NCBI RefSeq assembly: GCF_009914755.1
Contig: NC_060938.1
Direction: 5' to 3' (one strand)
DNA length: 64,000 nt
Source of the DNA: the human T2T-CHM13v2.0 reference genome, Homo sapiens
Shown: positions 42,165 through 56,354 of the stretch, in pieces
Position numbering within the stretch: position 1 is the first letter of the stretch
Layout of the letters: every line of letters starts with the position of its first letter
Notes under the pieces: generated by a model
Seen by the model: the letters and a program-made list of their open reading frames with translations, nothing else
What the model was told of the DNA's origin: nothing
The model's database searches: none
Position numbers and translations under genes: made by a program

Positions 42165-44804
42165 CTAGTGAAAGGAAATTTGTGGTTAATGGTGAATTCC
42201 CACACTCCCTATTGATTGTACAAATAGGGAGTGCAATTTGTACTCCTACAATGACACTTACATATGCATATCTGAAATTAGCTTGTATTGTCTATTAATA
42301 GAGTGTTTCTGGTTGATTCTGTCATATGGATTCTGTCATAAAGAATTCAGTTTTTCTTACCTAATAACACTTGTTGTCTCTATAAAGTCTTAAAATACAG
42401 TTTTTCACAAAAAGCCTGGACTATATAGACTCACATAAAATATTGTGGAAAATACCATTGTTCAGAATTGACAGACAAAATAAACATGGGTCCTTGTAGT
42501 CCACACATCCACAGGGAAGGCGTGATTAGTGAGCTAATGTTCAGGCACAAAGAATTATAATACACAAACTTGTGAGCCTGTGGAAAGCTTGAAGTGTAGT
42601 GGAGGCCGCAATTCCTTTAAGAGCCACACTGCTTACAGTGCATGAACTAACAAACACATTTTGTGTGACATAAAGTGTGGGGGCTGTGTTAACTGGGCAT
42701 TACTCTTTATGCTCCAGCTACTTTTCCATATTTTATATTACTTGAATAAGTTCCTGAGTATGCGGTGGGAAAGCATGAATAAACGTAAAAGTTTACACTC
42801 TGAAAACTAAGAATTTATATAGAAAGCCTTCTTTGTTATGAAAGTAACCCACGGCAATTGACCAAAAGGCATATTGTTAAACTTCTGGGACTTTTTTAAA
42901 GCGTATAAATAAAGGGTACACACTGAGGCTCCAAACCTGCTTAGGTGTCTCCTAGTTCTGTAGCAGGTAGCTTGCCTGAAATTTTTCCCTGCCTGATAAC
43001 TAATCTGGTTAACAATAAATTCTTGTGTTTTCATCCAGCAGATTAGTCCCGATATCAAGGCAATGTCAAGAGTGAAGGGGAGGATCAAGATTTTTTTTGA
43101 GTGATTGTTTCCTGGAAGGTAAGTTAGATACAGCAAAGATTGAAACAGGACTCATTTTGTAGTGGGGAGTTTTGGATGCAAAAGAGAATAACTATGTGGA
43201 AGTCTAAAACAGATGTTAAAGTTACTACATATTGCAAGGCATTTATTGAAGAAAGACTTGAGATTGTGACCTTGAGTAGTGGCTTTGCCCAGAATAGGCA
43301 CTAAGGCCAGGTGGTACCTGCTACTAAAAATTGGAATCTTGTTATTGCTCCTTTTGCTCAGATCTAAATGCCTGAGCCAGCACCGTTATGCTACACATTT
43401 ACTTCTCAGTTTCCTAAACAAGGATGACAAGTCTAATTTTATTATCCTTACTCTAGCAAAATACCCAGTGTCATCTGTAAGGACAATATGATCAAGTCCT
43501 TTGGCTGAAGAATGTATTTCCTCAGCCATAATGTCCCCAAGGCTTCTAAATAAAACAGATATTCAAACTTTACTTTTAGAAAAAAAATCACTATGCTGCA
43601 TTTCTAAAAATAAGTTTTGTTCAGAAAGAGCTTCTGTAATGCTAGAAGGAAGCATTCTAGCTGAAGTTTATAGACAGTGGCTGTGGAATCTCCTAATTGA
43701 TGTATGGTCAACAGACTGACATTAACTCTAGTCATGGGTAAAATGAAGCTAAAGGGTAAATGATCTGAAGCCTAGTGAGGAAAGACCAAGAGCAGCAGTG
43801 ATTGAAGTTCTATGGGTCTTCTGGGTCAGACACAAATGCCTGCAGGGTCCAGGTTGGCAATGCATATTTGTAAGAAGCAGTGGGTATAATAGAACATGTA
43901 GCCTTAGGGACTATGACATGTCAAGCACACACATCTGGGGGCTAAAATTCGCATATGAACCACTAGTTTGTGATTCCATGCCAAAAAGGTCCTGTAAGTG
44001 TTTTCCAAAAATTTTCCCAGTGTTATGTGAAAGAGCCAACATATAGTTGAGTCTGTCATCTCTTATGATCATAGTTATTGAGACCATCTCTATGCGAGAT
44101 ACAAGGAACATCATCCATTACCACAGAAGAACCCATGCCCTTCTGGGCCCAGAAAACTCTTATTAAAATACTATCTTGGTAAAAAATTTTAAGGCTAAAA
44201 TCGAGGGAGAAGATTTTTATTAACCAATAAAATAAAATATTTAATTATAATAATATTTAATTAATAATAAAATAAAATATTTAAACTAAATGCTGCATAG
44301 ATTACAAGATCTAAGGTGAAAGAAAATTTTGGAGATAAAAGGAATGGAATCAAGGTAATAGGGCTATGTTTTCTGCTACAAACCAAATCGAGAAAACGTA
44401 TGATTTTTTGGTGACTCATTGAGAGAATGCTTTTATCATGTGGCAAGGAGAAAAACTCTTTTGGAAGGAATAAGACCATTTTGTCCTAATCAAAACATTA
44501 GAAAATAGTTGAAAATAACATTCTTCTTCTTCCTTTGGAAACTCAGTTGTCTACTCAGTTGGAAGAAGTCTTTTCTTAAGATCAAGAGAAGAAGGCTCTT
44601 CTGTGTTGTGATTCTTTTAATGTTCCAACAAACAATAAAAGACATGCACACATAAAGCTTAACTAATTGATATCTTTCAGGAGTATTAAAGAGAGGCACA
44701 GAAGAATGCTTCTGCATGGGACATGAAAACATACTTGGTAATCAGCGATCATGTGGTAGCAGCCACACTGTTTAAGATCATGGATCAGAAATGTCTTTAA
44801 GATG

Positions 44805-46350
44805 TCAAACAAATGAAAAACAAAAACAAACATTTCATGGTCATGGACAGGAAAATCAATATTGTTAAAATGGCCATACACCCCAAAGCAATTTATACAT
44901 TCAGTGCTATTCCTACCAATGGCATTTCTCACGGAATTAGGAAACACAATTTTAAAATTCATATGGTACCAAACAAGAGCCTGAATAACCAAAGCAATCC
45001 TAAGCAAAAAGAAGAAAGCTGAAAGTATCACACTACCCAACTTCAAACTATACTACAAGACTACAGTAACCAAAACAGCATGGTACTGTTACAGAACTAG
45101 ACACATAGACCAATGGAACAGAACAGGGAATTAACTCCCTATTCAATAAATGGTGCTGGGTAACTGGCTACCCATACGCAGAAGACAGAAATTGAATTCC
45201 TTCCTTTCACCATACACAAAAATCAACTCAAGATGGATTAAAGACTTAAATATAACATCTAAAACTATTTAAAAAAACCTACAGGAATACCTAGAAAATA
45301 CCATTCTGGACAGAGACCCTGACAAAAGTTTTATGACAAAGACTCCAAAAGCAATTGCAACAAAAACAAAAGTTGACAAGTGGGACCTAATTAAAAGAGT
45401 TTTTGCACAGAAAAAGAAACTACTAACAGAATAGACAGACAAACTACAGAATGTGAGAAAAAGTTGAAAAAGTATAAATCAGGCAGAGGTCTAATATTCA
45501 GCATTTATATGGAAGTCAACTCAATAAGCAAACAACCTCATTAAAAAATGGGCAAATGACATGAAATGACATGAACAGACACTTCCCAAAAGAAGACATA
45601 CACATGGCCAACAAGCATAAAAATAAGTGTTCAACATCACTAATCATTAGAGAAATGCAAATCTAGTAATAAGTGAAAAAATAACAGATGCTGATGAGGT
45701 TGCAGATAAAAGGGAATGCTTATACACTGCTATTGGGCATATAAAGTAGGTTAGCCACTGTGGAAAGCAGTTTGGAGATTTCTCAAAGAACTTAAAGCAC
45801 AGCTAACATTCAACCCAGCAATCCCATTATTGGGTATATACCCAAAGGAGTATAAATTGTTCTACCATAAAGACACATGCATGTGTATGTGAATCACTGC
45901 ACTATTCACAACAGCAAAGACACACATGGAATCAACCTAGATGCCAGCAATGGTGAACTGGAAAAAGCAAATATTGTATATATACACCATGGAATACTAT
46001 GCAGCCGTAAAAAAATAACAAAATCATGTGTTTTGCAGCATCATGGGTGGAGCTAGAGGCCATACATAATACTAAGCAAATTAACACAAGAACAGGAAAC
46101 CAAATATTGCATGTTCTTTCTTTAGGCGGGAGCTAAACATTGAGTACAAATGGATACTAAGAAGGGAACAATAGACACTGGGGCTTACTTGAGGGCAAGG
46201 ATGGAGAAACTGCCTATCAGATACTATGGTCATTACCTGGGTGATGAAAAAATAATTTGTACACCAAACCCCTGCAACTTATCCATATGACAAACATGCA
46301 CATGTACCCTCTGAACCTAAAATAAAAGCAGAAAAAAATGAAAAAAAAAT
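44805..46350 (+). mobile_element. L1PA16/L1PB-like 3' portion
   Basis: ORF2 peptide KINIVKMAIHPKAIYTFSAIP; 3'UTR ending ctgaacctaaaataaaag plus A-tail. Confidence 0.9.
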
Positions 46351-46387
46351 CCCGGTCTCAAAAAGAAAAAAGTTCTTTAACTAGAAT

Positions 46388-47700
46388 TTCATTCATTCAC
46401 TCAACAAACACCACCAGCACTAGGAATGTATCTGGAAATAAATCCCTGCGCTCTTCAACTTCCAATCCAGTGCAATTAGCAAATAAATTAATGCATGTTG
46501 AACATATCAGATAGTAATATGTGCTATGAAGAAAATGTAGTATAATAAAATAGAAGGAGATGACAGATGCTGTGGTCGCAAAAGTGGTCAGAGAAAACCT
46601 CTCTGATAAGGTAATATTTGAGCTGAGACTTTGAGGAAATAATGCGGTGAGCCATCTCATTCCATTACGTTTGTGCCCTGGGTAGAAAACAGCAATTTCC
46701 AGTTGTCAAAGATCTGAAGATAGGAGTGGGATTTTCATATTTGAAGCAAAAGAGGTCATTGTATATCGACTAAAGAGAATGGTGGTAGCCCTAGTTCCAT
46801 TTGGTTATGTCATGTTATGTAGTCCCTTGAAGGTCAAAGCAAAGACTGTATCTTAATTGAAGTGGGATAGGAAGCACTGCAGCATTTTATGCAAAGTAGT
46901 AACTCAATCTAGTTCACATTTTGAAACTAATAATTTAGAGACCATTTGAAAAATATGTTCTAGGAGTTCAGGAGTATAGGAGCAGAGAGACTGGCTCTTC
47001 CAGTAATCCAAGTGAGAGAGAATGACTTGAATTAGGATGGAAGCAGGTGAAGGCAAGAAGCTAAACTACCTAGATTTGCTGATGTATTAGGTATGTAGAA
47101 AAAAATAGTCAAAGATGATGCTGTGGTTTAGCATAAGCAATCAAAAGAACAGAGTTGCAATTTACTAAGAAACATCTGGATCTGAAAGCAGCATGTTCAG
47201 ACACTAGAGGAAAATTTAGAGTTCAGTTGTGGAAATATTGAGTTTCAGATGCCTTCTCCATGTGTAAAATTTGAGTAGGCAGCTGAGTATACAGCTTTGG
47301 AGAGCTAGAGTTATAAATTAGGAGTTAGTATACAAAAATACATAAAACCATGAGGCTTGATGAAATCACCTGGGGAATGAGTATAAAGAGACAAGAAAAG
47401 ATGTCCTAGGACTAACATTTAGAGGCTGAGAACATGAGGCAATTCCAGCAAAGGGAACTAAGAAAGACTTACTTGTTAAAGGGAAATGAAGAAAATTATA
47501 TCCTGGTAGCCAAGTGAAAAAAGGTGTTTTAAAGAAAATTAGTAAGCAAACATTAACTGTGGCTATTTGGTAAAGTAAAATGGCACTTGAGAACTGACCG
47601 CTGGATTTTGAAGTTTACAACTGGCTGGTAACTTTGATTAGAGCACTTTCAGGAAAGCGGTAGGGAAGAACAATGATAGAGTAGAATCAAAATCGAATGA
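46388..47700 (-). mobile_element. L2a-like LINE
   Basis: ttcattcattcactcaacaa tail; ggtcagagaaaacctctctgataaggt, ttgagtttcagatgcct. Confidence 0.8.
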
Positions 47701-47739
47701 GCATTATTTTCTCCAGCCAAAATTGAGTAAGATTCATCA

Positions 47740-48590
47740 TCCCCCTTGAAATAATTAAAGGGGGAAAATATAATAAGCAGACAACATATATGAGACAATG
47801 GTTTAAGACGCTGGTTATCAAGCAATGAAGAACAGTGATTTCTAAGACACTGGAAACAAGTAGCTGAGCCCTATAGTTCCTCCAGTTGACAGTTTTGAGA
47901 GAGTTTCCAAGACTGCACCACCAAAAGGAGGCAGAACCAAGGCAGAGTTTTGCAGTAAGATGACCAGCTCGTTCCAGTTTGTCTGGACTTTTCCATCTTA
48001 AAAGTCAAAGTTCTGAATCTGACAATCCCCTTCCACCCAAATCCCATGATAACAGGAAGAGTTGGTCACTTTACCTGAAGAACTTGAATTAAAGTGGAGC
48101 TGAGAATCAAGAAAACTAAATCAGCTACAGCTCACAGGGAAGACTACCAGAAAGGAAAAGCAGTACAGAGATCTGAAGGTCACCCTCAATTTTGCAGCTG
48201 AGTATTGATTAGCATATTCAGATAAGGAAATTGCCTGAGACTGGGAAAGAACCAAATGAAAGGATTAAAGGCAACAGAATGTGGTTTTTCTGATAAGAAA
48301 AACCATGAATAGTTCCTATTTCTGGAGCCAGTCAGGAAAGTATCAGGTTTTGTAGGACATTAGGTGAAGCAGTCAGAAGTATCTTGCCTCAGTACTGGTA
48401 ATAATTAGCTCTAGGTGAAACAATGCTATGGTTTCAACCTAACAAGTCTTTAAGGCTGAAAAGATCAAAGTGTTCACAAGTTAATTAAGTACATTCTAGA
48501 GCAAAGCTCAAGAAAAGTTATAGGAACACAAAAACATGCAATGCCCAAAGAAGTAAAATTCACAATAAATGTCATCAAAAATTATCAGAC
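47740..48590 (+). mobile_element. Old L1M 5' fragment
   Basis: A-rich L1M-like 5' sequence ending gtaaaattcacaat...aaaattatcagaca. Confidence 0.5.
47956..48073. mobile_element. MER81-like hAT MITE
   Basis: About 118 bp with TIR-like ends taagatgaccagctcgttcc / ggaagagttggtcacttta. Confidence 0.7.
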
Positions 48591-48591
48591 A

Positions 48592-51140
48592 GGAAGGACA
48601 TCAGCAAAATGGAGAAATAGGAGGCTCCTGAATATCCCACCTCCCAAAGACACACCAAGTGAACACCTACACACTGATCAATTCTCTCCTAGAGAAAGCT
48701 GGAATTGAGTTGAAAGACTCCCATACAATGGACAAATGAAAAATTATACAAATTAAAACACATAGGAAAAGTGGAGATACACTCGCTAACTCCACACTGA
48801 GCACACAATCTTATGCATGGGAAGGAAACCCCAGCTTTTTCCCAAATTTTACAGTCCCTGCTGGAGCTCCTGGCTTTTAATCTCTGTGCTTGAGGAGAAA
48901 AGTGAAAAAAGAGTGAAGACAGCCTAAGAAACTTATATGATACCATCAAGCAGAATATTATCACATTATTAGGGTAGCAGAAGGAAAAGAGAAACAAACA
49001 ATGGCAGAAAACTGCCTGCATTAGAAGAAGGAAATAGAAATCCCAATCCAGGCTGGGCATAGTGGTTCATGCCTGTTATCCCAGCACTTTGGGAGGCTGA
49101 GGTGGGCAGACCACTTGAGGTCAGGAGTTTGAGACCAGCCTGGCCAATATGGTGAAACCCTGTGTCTACTAAAACTACAAAAATTAGCAGGCTATGGTGG
49201 CAGGTGCTTGTAATCCCAGCTACTCTCATAAGCTGAGGCAGAGGTAGCAGTGAGCCAAGATCACACCACTGCACTCCAGCCTGGGAGACAGAGCAAGACT
49301 CTGCCTCAACTAAGAAAAAAAAAAAAAAAAAAAAAAGGAAGAATCACCCCAATCCAGGAAGTATATTAGTTAGAACTAATAAATGAATTCAGTAAAAATT
49401 ATTCAGGATACCAAATCAACATACAAAACCAGTAGCTTTTCTATACACTAACAGCAAACTATCTGGAAAAGAAATTGAGAAAACAGTCTGATTTACAATA
49501 GTAACAAAAAAATTAAAATACTTGGAAATAAATTTATCCAGGACGTGAAATACCTCTATGCCCCAAACTGTAAAACACTGATAAAAGAGACTGAAGGAGA
49601 CACAAACAAATGGAGGTATATCCTATGTTTATGGACTGGAAGAATTAATTCTGTTAAAATGCCCATACTACACAAAATGATCTACAGATTCAATGCAATC
49701 TCCATCATAATTCCAATGTCATTTTTCAAAAAAAAATTCTAAAATTCATATAGAACTGCAAGACACCAAATATGCAAAATTTGCAATCTTAAGCAAAAAC
49801 GAGGCTGGAGACCTCATACTCCCTGGTTTCAAAATATATTGTGGAAGCTATTGCAATCAAAAGAGCATGGTACTGCCAGAAAAACAGATATATCAACCAA
49901 CGGCATGGGTGAGACAGCCTAGAAATTAACTCAAGTATTTATGGTTAGTTGATTTTCAACAAAGATGCCAAGAACAATTGGGATAGGACAGTCTTTAATA
50001 AACTGTGTTAGCCAAACTGAATATCCACATGCAGGAGAATGAAATTAAACTTTTATCTTATGCCACATGCAAAAATTATCTGAAAATAGATAGATGCCTT
50101 AAACGTAAGTCCTGAAACTGTAATGTTCTCAGAAGACAACATAGGGGAAAAGCTCCATGGCACTGGTCTGGACAATGATTTTGTTCGGATAAGACTCCAA
50201 AAGCACAGACAAAAATGCAAAAAGTACACAAATGAGATTGCACCAAACTAGAAAGACTCTATACAGCAAAGAAAACAATAAACAGAGTGTGAAGATAATT
50301 AACTGATTGGGAGGAAATATTTGCAAATGATGCATCTAAAAAGGGGCTAACAGCCAGAATATACAAGGAACTCAACTCAATAGCAAGAAAACAAATAACT
50401 TCATTAAAATATGAGCAAAGGATCTGAGCAAATAATTCTCAAAAGAAGCTATATAAATAGCCAACATATATATGAAAAAATGCTCAATATCTCCAATCAG
50501 GAAAATGTACATTAAAACCACAATGAAATATCATGTCACACTTGTTAGAATCACTCTTATTAAAAAGATGAGTGAATCACAAGTATTGGCAAGGATGTGG
50601 GAAAAAAGGAACCCTTGTGCACTGTTGGAGGGAATGTAAACTAGTACACCCATTTTGGAGAATAGTATTAAATTTCCTCAATAAACTAAATATAGAACTA
50701 CTATATGATCCAGGAATCCCACTTTTGGGTATATATCCAAAGGAATTATTGTGATTATTAGCATTATTCACAATAACCAAGACATAGAAGCAACTAAGTA
50801 TCCCTCAGTGGAGTAATGGATGAAGAAAATGTAGTCTTATATACACAATGAAATAATATTCAGCCTTAGGACATTCTATCATTAGTGACAACATAGATGG
50901 ACCTTATGTTAAGTGAAATAAACCAAAGACAAATACTGTATGATCTCACTCACATGTTGAGTCTTAAAAAGAATCTCATAGAGACAGTAGAGAGGTGATA
51001 GCAGAGGCTAGGGGGAAAAAGGGAGGGATAGAGAAAACAAAAGTGTTGACCAAAGGATATAAAGTTTCGGGTAGACTTGAGAAATAAGTTTTAATGATCT
51101 ATTGCACTGTGTGGTGACCACAGTTCATGATAACATATTT
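48592..51140 (+). mobile_element. L1MA-like LINE with large internal deletions
   Basis: 5'UTR-like start, then ORF2 peptides (RINSVKMPILHKMIYRFNAI; [18 protein letters not shown]) and 3'UTR. Confidence 0.85.
49051..49336 (+). mobile_element. AluS
   Basis: Dimer with long A-tail; TSD cccaatcca. Confidence 0.93.
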
Positions 51141-52581
51141 CACATGCACTCAGACAGATTACAGATTTGGCAAAAACAATTCCGGTGATCAAACAGAACT
51201 ACTAGGTGTCTTCTTACCCTACTGTGCACATAATTGCTTTTGAACCAGGAAGTAACTTCACTGGCTTCTTGAGGCAAATGTGGCTTTAAGTAAAAGCTCT
51301 CGGAATGTCATTAGCTGGAAGAAATGCCCATGAAGGCAAATAACACATTTTAAACTGAAGTTTTCATTGTTGCCATGTTGCATAACCAATTCACTCATCC
51401 GAATTTCCCACCAAAGGCATTGGGTCTAAATGGAAAAAAACTTCATTTGTAACATCTTGAAATTCACTTTTAGAAGACTTGATTACATGTAATTCTAAAT
51501 CTGTCATGGTTTCAGGATTTAATTGAAATCTATTTTCCTCTGCAAAGTCCACCAGATCTTCAAATAAGCATTTATAAGGTACATTACTTTTTCCAGTCAT
51601 TAATACATAAGTGAGATTATTTTAGAATCTTCAGATCCAACAAGGGCATGAATTGTATATAGTTAATAAAAATAGTGGGGACAGTTTTGCAAGTGTCATC
51701 CATTTTAGCCAAAATGAAACATGTGCTAGTTTTTCTGTTAGATTTAGTGGATTATATAAGTAGTGTATCTTCTTCAGTAGTAAAATTCATAATCAAAAAT
51801 AGTTTACCATTTAATGTGTTTTATAACACTAGAGGAACATCAATATCAGCAAGTGTTAAGAAGCTCTTTGAGCTTGTTAAATTATTTGTATTCTCCAACA
51901 AAGGGCGGCGTTTGCAGGCAAGCATGCTGCAGTGTTTGAAGGGGCAGAAGTTTTACACAATCGAATAATTCGGCATAGGAGATTTATTGAATCTTTTTCC
52001 TGCATTTTCACTTCTTTAGTCTTCAAAATACTCACTGCGTGTATTAGTCTGTTTTCACACTGCTGATAAAGATATACCCCAGACTCGGCAATTTACAAAA
52101 GGAAGAGGTTTAATGGACTTACAGTTCCATGTGGCTGGGGAGGACTGACAGTCATGGTGGAAGGTGAAAGACATGTATCACATGGCAGCAGACAAGAGAG
52201 CTTGTGCATGGAAACTCTCGTTTATAAAACCGTCAGATCTCGTGAGACTCATTCACTATCACGAGAACAGCACGGGAAAGACCTGCCCCCATGATTCAAC
52301 CACCTTCCACCGTGTTCCTCCCACAACATGGGGGAATTTGAGATGAGATTTGGGTGGGGACACAGCCAAACCACATCACTACACTTGTATTTGGAGAGAG
52401 GTTCACAGTCCATCCCTTATCAGCTTGGCACCCATATGCATGTCCTTAAACAATACTTACTCCAAATAAAGAAAATAACAAGATAATAACTCCACCTAAC
52501 ATGATGCAACTATTCTGTGATTTTAGACTTCAGGGGTTACGGTGTTTAGGATTGTGTCTCTAGACATTATGACTCAAACCA
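51140..52581 (-). mobile_element. Ricksha-like MULE/MuDR DNA transposon with decayed transposase
   Basis: Minus-strand motifs MDDTCKTVPT (first D), YVLMTGKS, MTDLELH (second D), FFHL (CxxH-like); TIR-like end ttaggattgtgtctctagacattatgactcaaacc near 52545-52580. Confidence 0.85.
52040..52378 (-). mobile_element. THE1B solo LTR inserted in Ricksha
   Basis: tgtattagtctgttttcacactgctgataaaga...ccaaaccacatca; degenerate TSD ctgcg/ctaca. Confidence 0.92.
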
Positions 52582-53635
52582 GTATATATCATGTTTCCTT
52601 TTTTCTTTTCTTTTTTTTTTTTTTTTTAAGAGAGAGACAGGATCTTGCTCTGTCATCCAGGCTGGAGTATTGTAGTGGTGTGATTATAGCTCACTGCAAC
52701 CTCAATCTCTTGGTTTTAAGTGATCCTATTGCCTCAGTCTGCCAAGAAGTTGGGCGTGCATGCCACCATGCCCAGCCAGTAGTTTTTATTTTCTGTAGAG
52801 AATAGGGCTGACTATGTTGCCCAGGCAAGTCTCGAACTCCTGGCCTCAACCATCCTCCTGCCTTGGGCTTCCAAAGTGCTGGGATTACAAGCATGAGCCA
52901 GCACACCTGGACCGTATTTTCTTTATTTATTATCTATCAATAGATGTTTGGGTTGTTTCCACATTTTGACAATTGTGAATAATGCTGCAATGAACATGGA
53001 AGTGCAGATACTGCTTCAAGATCATAATTTCAACTTCTTTGGATATATATACTCCAAAGTGGGATTATTGGATCATATGTTAGTTTTATTTGTATTTTTG
53101 ACAAATCTCTGTACTGTTTTCCATAGTGGCTATACCATTTTATATTCCCACCAACAATGTACAAGTGTTCTGATTTTTCCACATCCTCTCCAATTCTTTT
53201 GTTTTTTATAATAGCCATCCTGATTGGTGACATCACATCATGGTTTTGATATGCATTTTTTGATGATTAGTGATGTTGAGCACCTTTTCATATATCTGTT
53301 GTCCATTGTTATGTCTTCTTTGTAGAAATGTCTATTCAGGTCCTCTGCCCATTTTTAAGATGGGTTATTTGGGGTTTTTTTTTCCCATTGAGTTACAGGA
53401 GTTTCTTATATTTTTTGAGTATTAACCCTCATTCCACCATTTTATAAGTTACTCTTTTACTCTTTTGTTTCCTTTGCTGTGCAGAAGCTTTTTACATATA
53501 CATAGTCACACTTGCCTGTTTTGTTTTGTTGCCTGTGCTTTTTGTGTCGTATCCAGAAATAATTCCCAAGACCAAAGTCAAGAAGCTTTACTATCTGAAA
53601 CTATAAAACTCCTAGCAGAAAACATAGGGGAAATA
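52582..53635 (-). mobile_element. L1M(A/B) ORF2 3' fragment
   Basis: Antisense ORF2 C-terminus (KLTYDPIIPLWSIY); short sense-oriented piece at about 53590-53635. Confidence 0.8.
52598..52911 (-). mobile_element. AluJ
   Basis: Diverged antisense dimer with tatgttgcccagg, ctcctggcctcaa. Confidence 0.88.
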
Positions 53636-53639
53636 TACA

Positions 53640-54375
53640 TTTTAAATGCCAAACAGCAAGAATCTTTTGCTAAGTATCCAAATATGTTGATGTAACCCGA
53701 TAGAGATTACAAGTGTGTAAAGCTTGTGACATGGTAAAACTTCTTTTTAATACTCCCATGGAAGCTTCATTGGACTTACTCATCAGTATCACTATGTTGG
53801 CTAAAATGAATAGCCAGTTAGATCTTGTCTCAAGTTCTGTTTCTAACGTCATAGCATCATGCACCCCAGTATTATTGACTATAACAGTTATTTCTATGGC
53901 CTTTGGAATATTTGAAGCACAGCCACGTTTTAGAATGATTTTTCTCCAAATACAAAAGTTGCTTGCTGTTAAAAGCTCCACACCACTTTTGTCTTATGAA
54001 CTGTAGTACATAGATCTGTATATTTCATTTTACCTTCAGTTAATACTAGGACAACAAGCACTGAAGCTCTGCCAGGACCTGTAACATAACAGCAATGTGA
54101 CAACCAAGCTCTTTACAAAACTTGTTACAAGACTGGATGGCGGTACGCCAACATTAAAAAATCATGGATGCCTTCTTTCTTCACCAGGGTTGTGCTATAA
54201 ATTTTTTCACATATTCCTACTATTGCAATAGCTCTGTACTTCTTAAATTTTTCTATAATTTTAAGATTGCGTTGGTCAGATTCTATGTAATAAAAAAAAA
54301 TGGTCTTGTATCTGATTTCCACAGGGACTGAGCAGTGTATTTGAGCCATGTTAATTGAGTTAATGACATCCATTA
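53640..54375 (-). other. Unidentified decayed coding-like block
   Basis: ORFs 54125..54373 and 53670..53981 on the same strand, with the overlapping antisense frame also open; no repeat recognised. Confidence 0.3.
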
Positions 54376-56027
54376 AGTTTATGAAAGAGTTTTTAAAATT
54401 GAATACAGAAATGAAAAGAAACTAAAAGTCTTCTTCAACATACTTGACTTGTAATTCTCAGTGCTTCAAGTATGAAGTTGGGAGTAATAGGAAATAAAAA
54501 GCATCACCAAACGAGATGCAGCAATCCTTCAATCTGGTAGTACTGAGCCACTAGAAAGGAATTACACTGAGGTGTGCCCTATCCAGGTAAAACCTTTTGG
54601 AAAATGTTCTGTAAATTTCAATTCAAAATTCTGTGTCAACTTTAACCATAATGTGGGGAACCTTGGTGGATTAATGATGAATTTCAACAATTCATTTGTC
54701 TCCACAGAGGTCGGGCTGTGCTTGGTTGTAATTTCTACTGCCCTTCAGAAACTCCATAAATATGACCAAAAACACCACAGGAAAAATATGTGTTTCCTCA
54801 TTGAAGATTGTGGTCTAATCATACAACTGGTCTATAGGCAGTTGCAACACAGGTGGTGAGACCACAGGCTCTGCCATTCAGTGGATGACTCCAAAGAGAA
54901 CATGGTCCCAAGTTGGCCCACATTAGAGGAAGCCAATATGCATGCTGAGGCTCAAAGTTTAGTTTTTACTCAAGGAATGAAATCTGGGAGAGGAAAGGAA
55001 TTCCAAACAATGTCAGTGAAGAATAATTTTGTGAACTGAACCTACTGAGCCAAGAGAAGGACTTACTTAAGGGATGGAGGTGGATATTTGTGTGTATTTT
55101 GTAGGAGAAGTATAAGGATGTTCATGGGTTGGACAGGGGGTCTGTTAGTTGTCCTTCAGGATTACTGTAATTGCTATGGTTCCAAAGGGTAGACCAGAAC
55201 CTCCTGGCTGAAAACGCTTTAGAAACTTACCCTTCAGAATAAAACTTATAATTTTCACCACATCATACGTAGTCTGCTTACGTTGCTATCCTCATTTGCC
55301 ATGCATCCTCTCCTCCTTCATCTTATTCTCTAGCAATTCATGTTCCTTGTTACAACTCTAAGGTTCATGTTTTCCTACCTCTGTCCCTTTGTTAAAAAAG
55401 GTGGTTGTGGGAGGCTGGTAAGAGTTAAAACCTGGATACTCAGCTCCAAACTTTCCATCAAATCTAGTTTCCTTCTTACTAATTGGAACATGATTATGAT
55501 GTACACCTAGTTTTAGATACCATCCTAAAAGTAATAGACCCACTTGCTTATACAATCATTACAGAAAGATAGATCAGAATCTGCCTTTAACTTTGAAGCT
55601 GTCTGCTCCACTTACCAACTCCCAGGAGAGAATGTCAGTCCTCATGTCACTGTGTGGCCTTTCCATTCAGGGATTATCGACTTTCTGCTCCAAAGGCTGC
55701 TTTCAGCAATGCAGGGGCCTTCAGTCAACAGAATTCTTATTTTTAGAAATGCTGCATTTTCTAAAAATAGTCCCTGATAGTTCTTATTGTCTAAATCTAA
55801 AATCCCCTTGGGTAAATGCATATGAGTACACATCTTTACAATTATGGGACCTGACTAGGAAGTTGTAACACTGACATAAAATTCCAAGGATTGAGGACAA
55901 ATAAGATGACTTGTATAATATTTTTAAATCTCTGGATAGAAACTGCTATATACATCCAAGGTAAGACAGAATAATAGTATTAAAAAAAAAGAATATGGCA
56001 GACCTAAAATAACTAGCCATCAAGGAA

Positions 56028-56031
<4 letters not shown>

Positions 56032-56065
<34 letters not shown>
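56032..56065. repeat. (CA)n microsatellite
   Basis: Direct reading, about 17 units. Confidence 0.95.
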
Positions 56066-56066
<1 letters not shown>

Positions 56067-56354
56067 AGTTCCCTCACTGGTTTTTAGTCAGGTTGCTAAA
56101 GGACAGTTATGAATATTAATGTTAAAGGACCTATAATCTGAGAGGATGGTTTCCCAAGCTTTCCCCTGTGTCTTTTCCATGGGCTTTTTGTGCATTCCTC
56201 TAAGTTCAGTTAAGAAAGGAGAAAAAAATGCTCATTTTAGAGGAGTTTCCTAAACCAGCAAAATTATCAAGGATTGTGAGTAATCCCTCTCCTGTAATTA
56301 TCTGTTTTCATCTTCCTCTTTAATAATCTTTTTCTTTGTTGTATTGTTGTCTTT

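Noticed and set aside
42203-42233. 11-bp hairpin cactccctatt/aatagggagtg as a miRNA or terminator
   Set aside because: Too short for a pre-miRNA, and intrinsic terminators do not apply to this genome.
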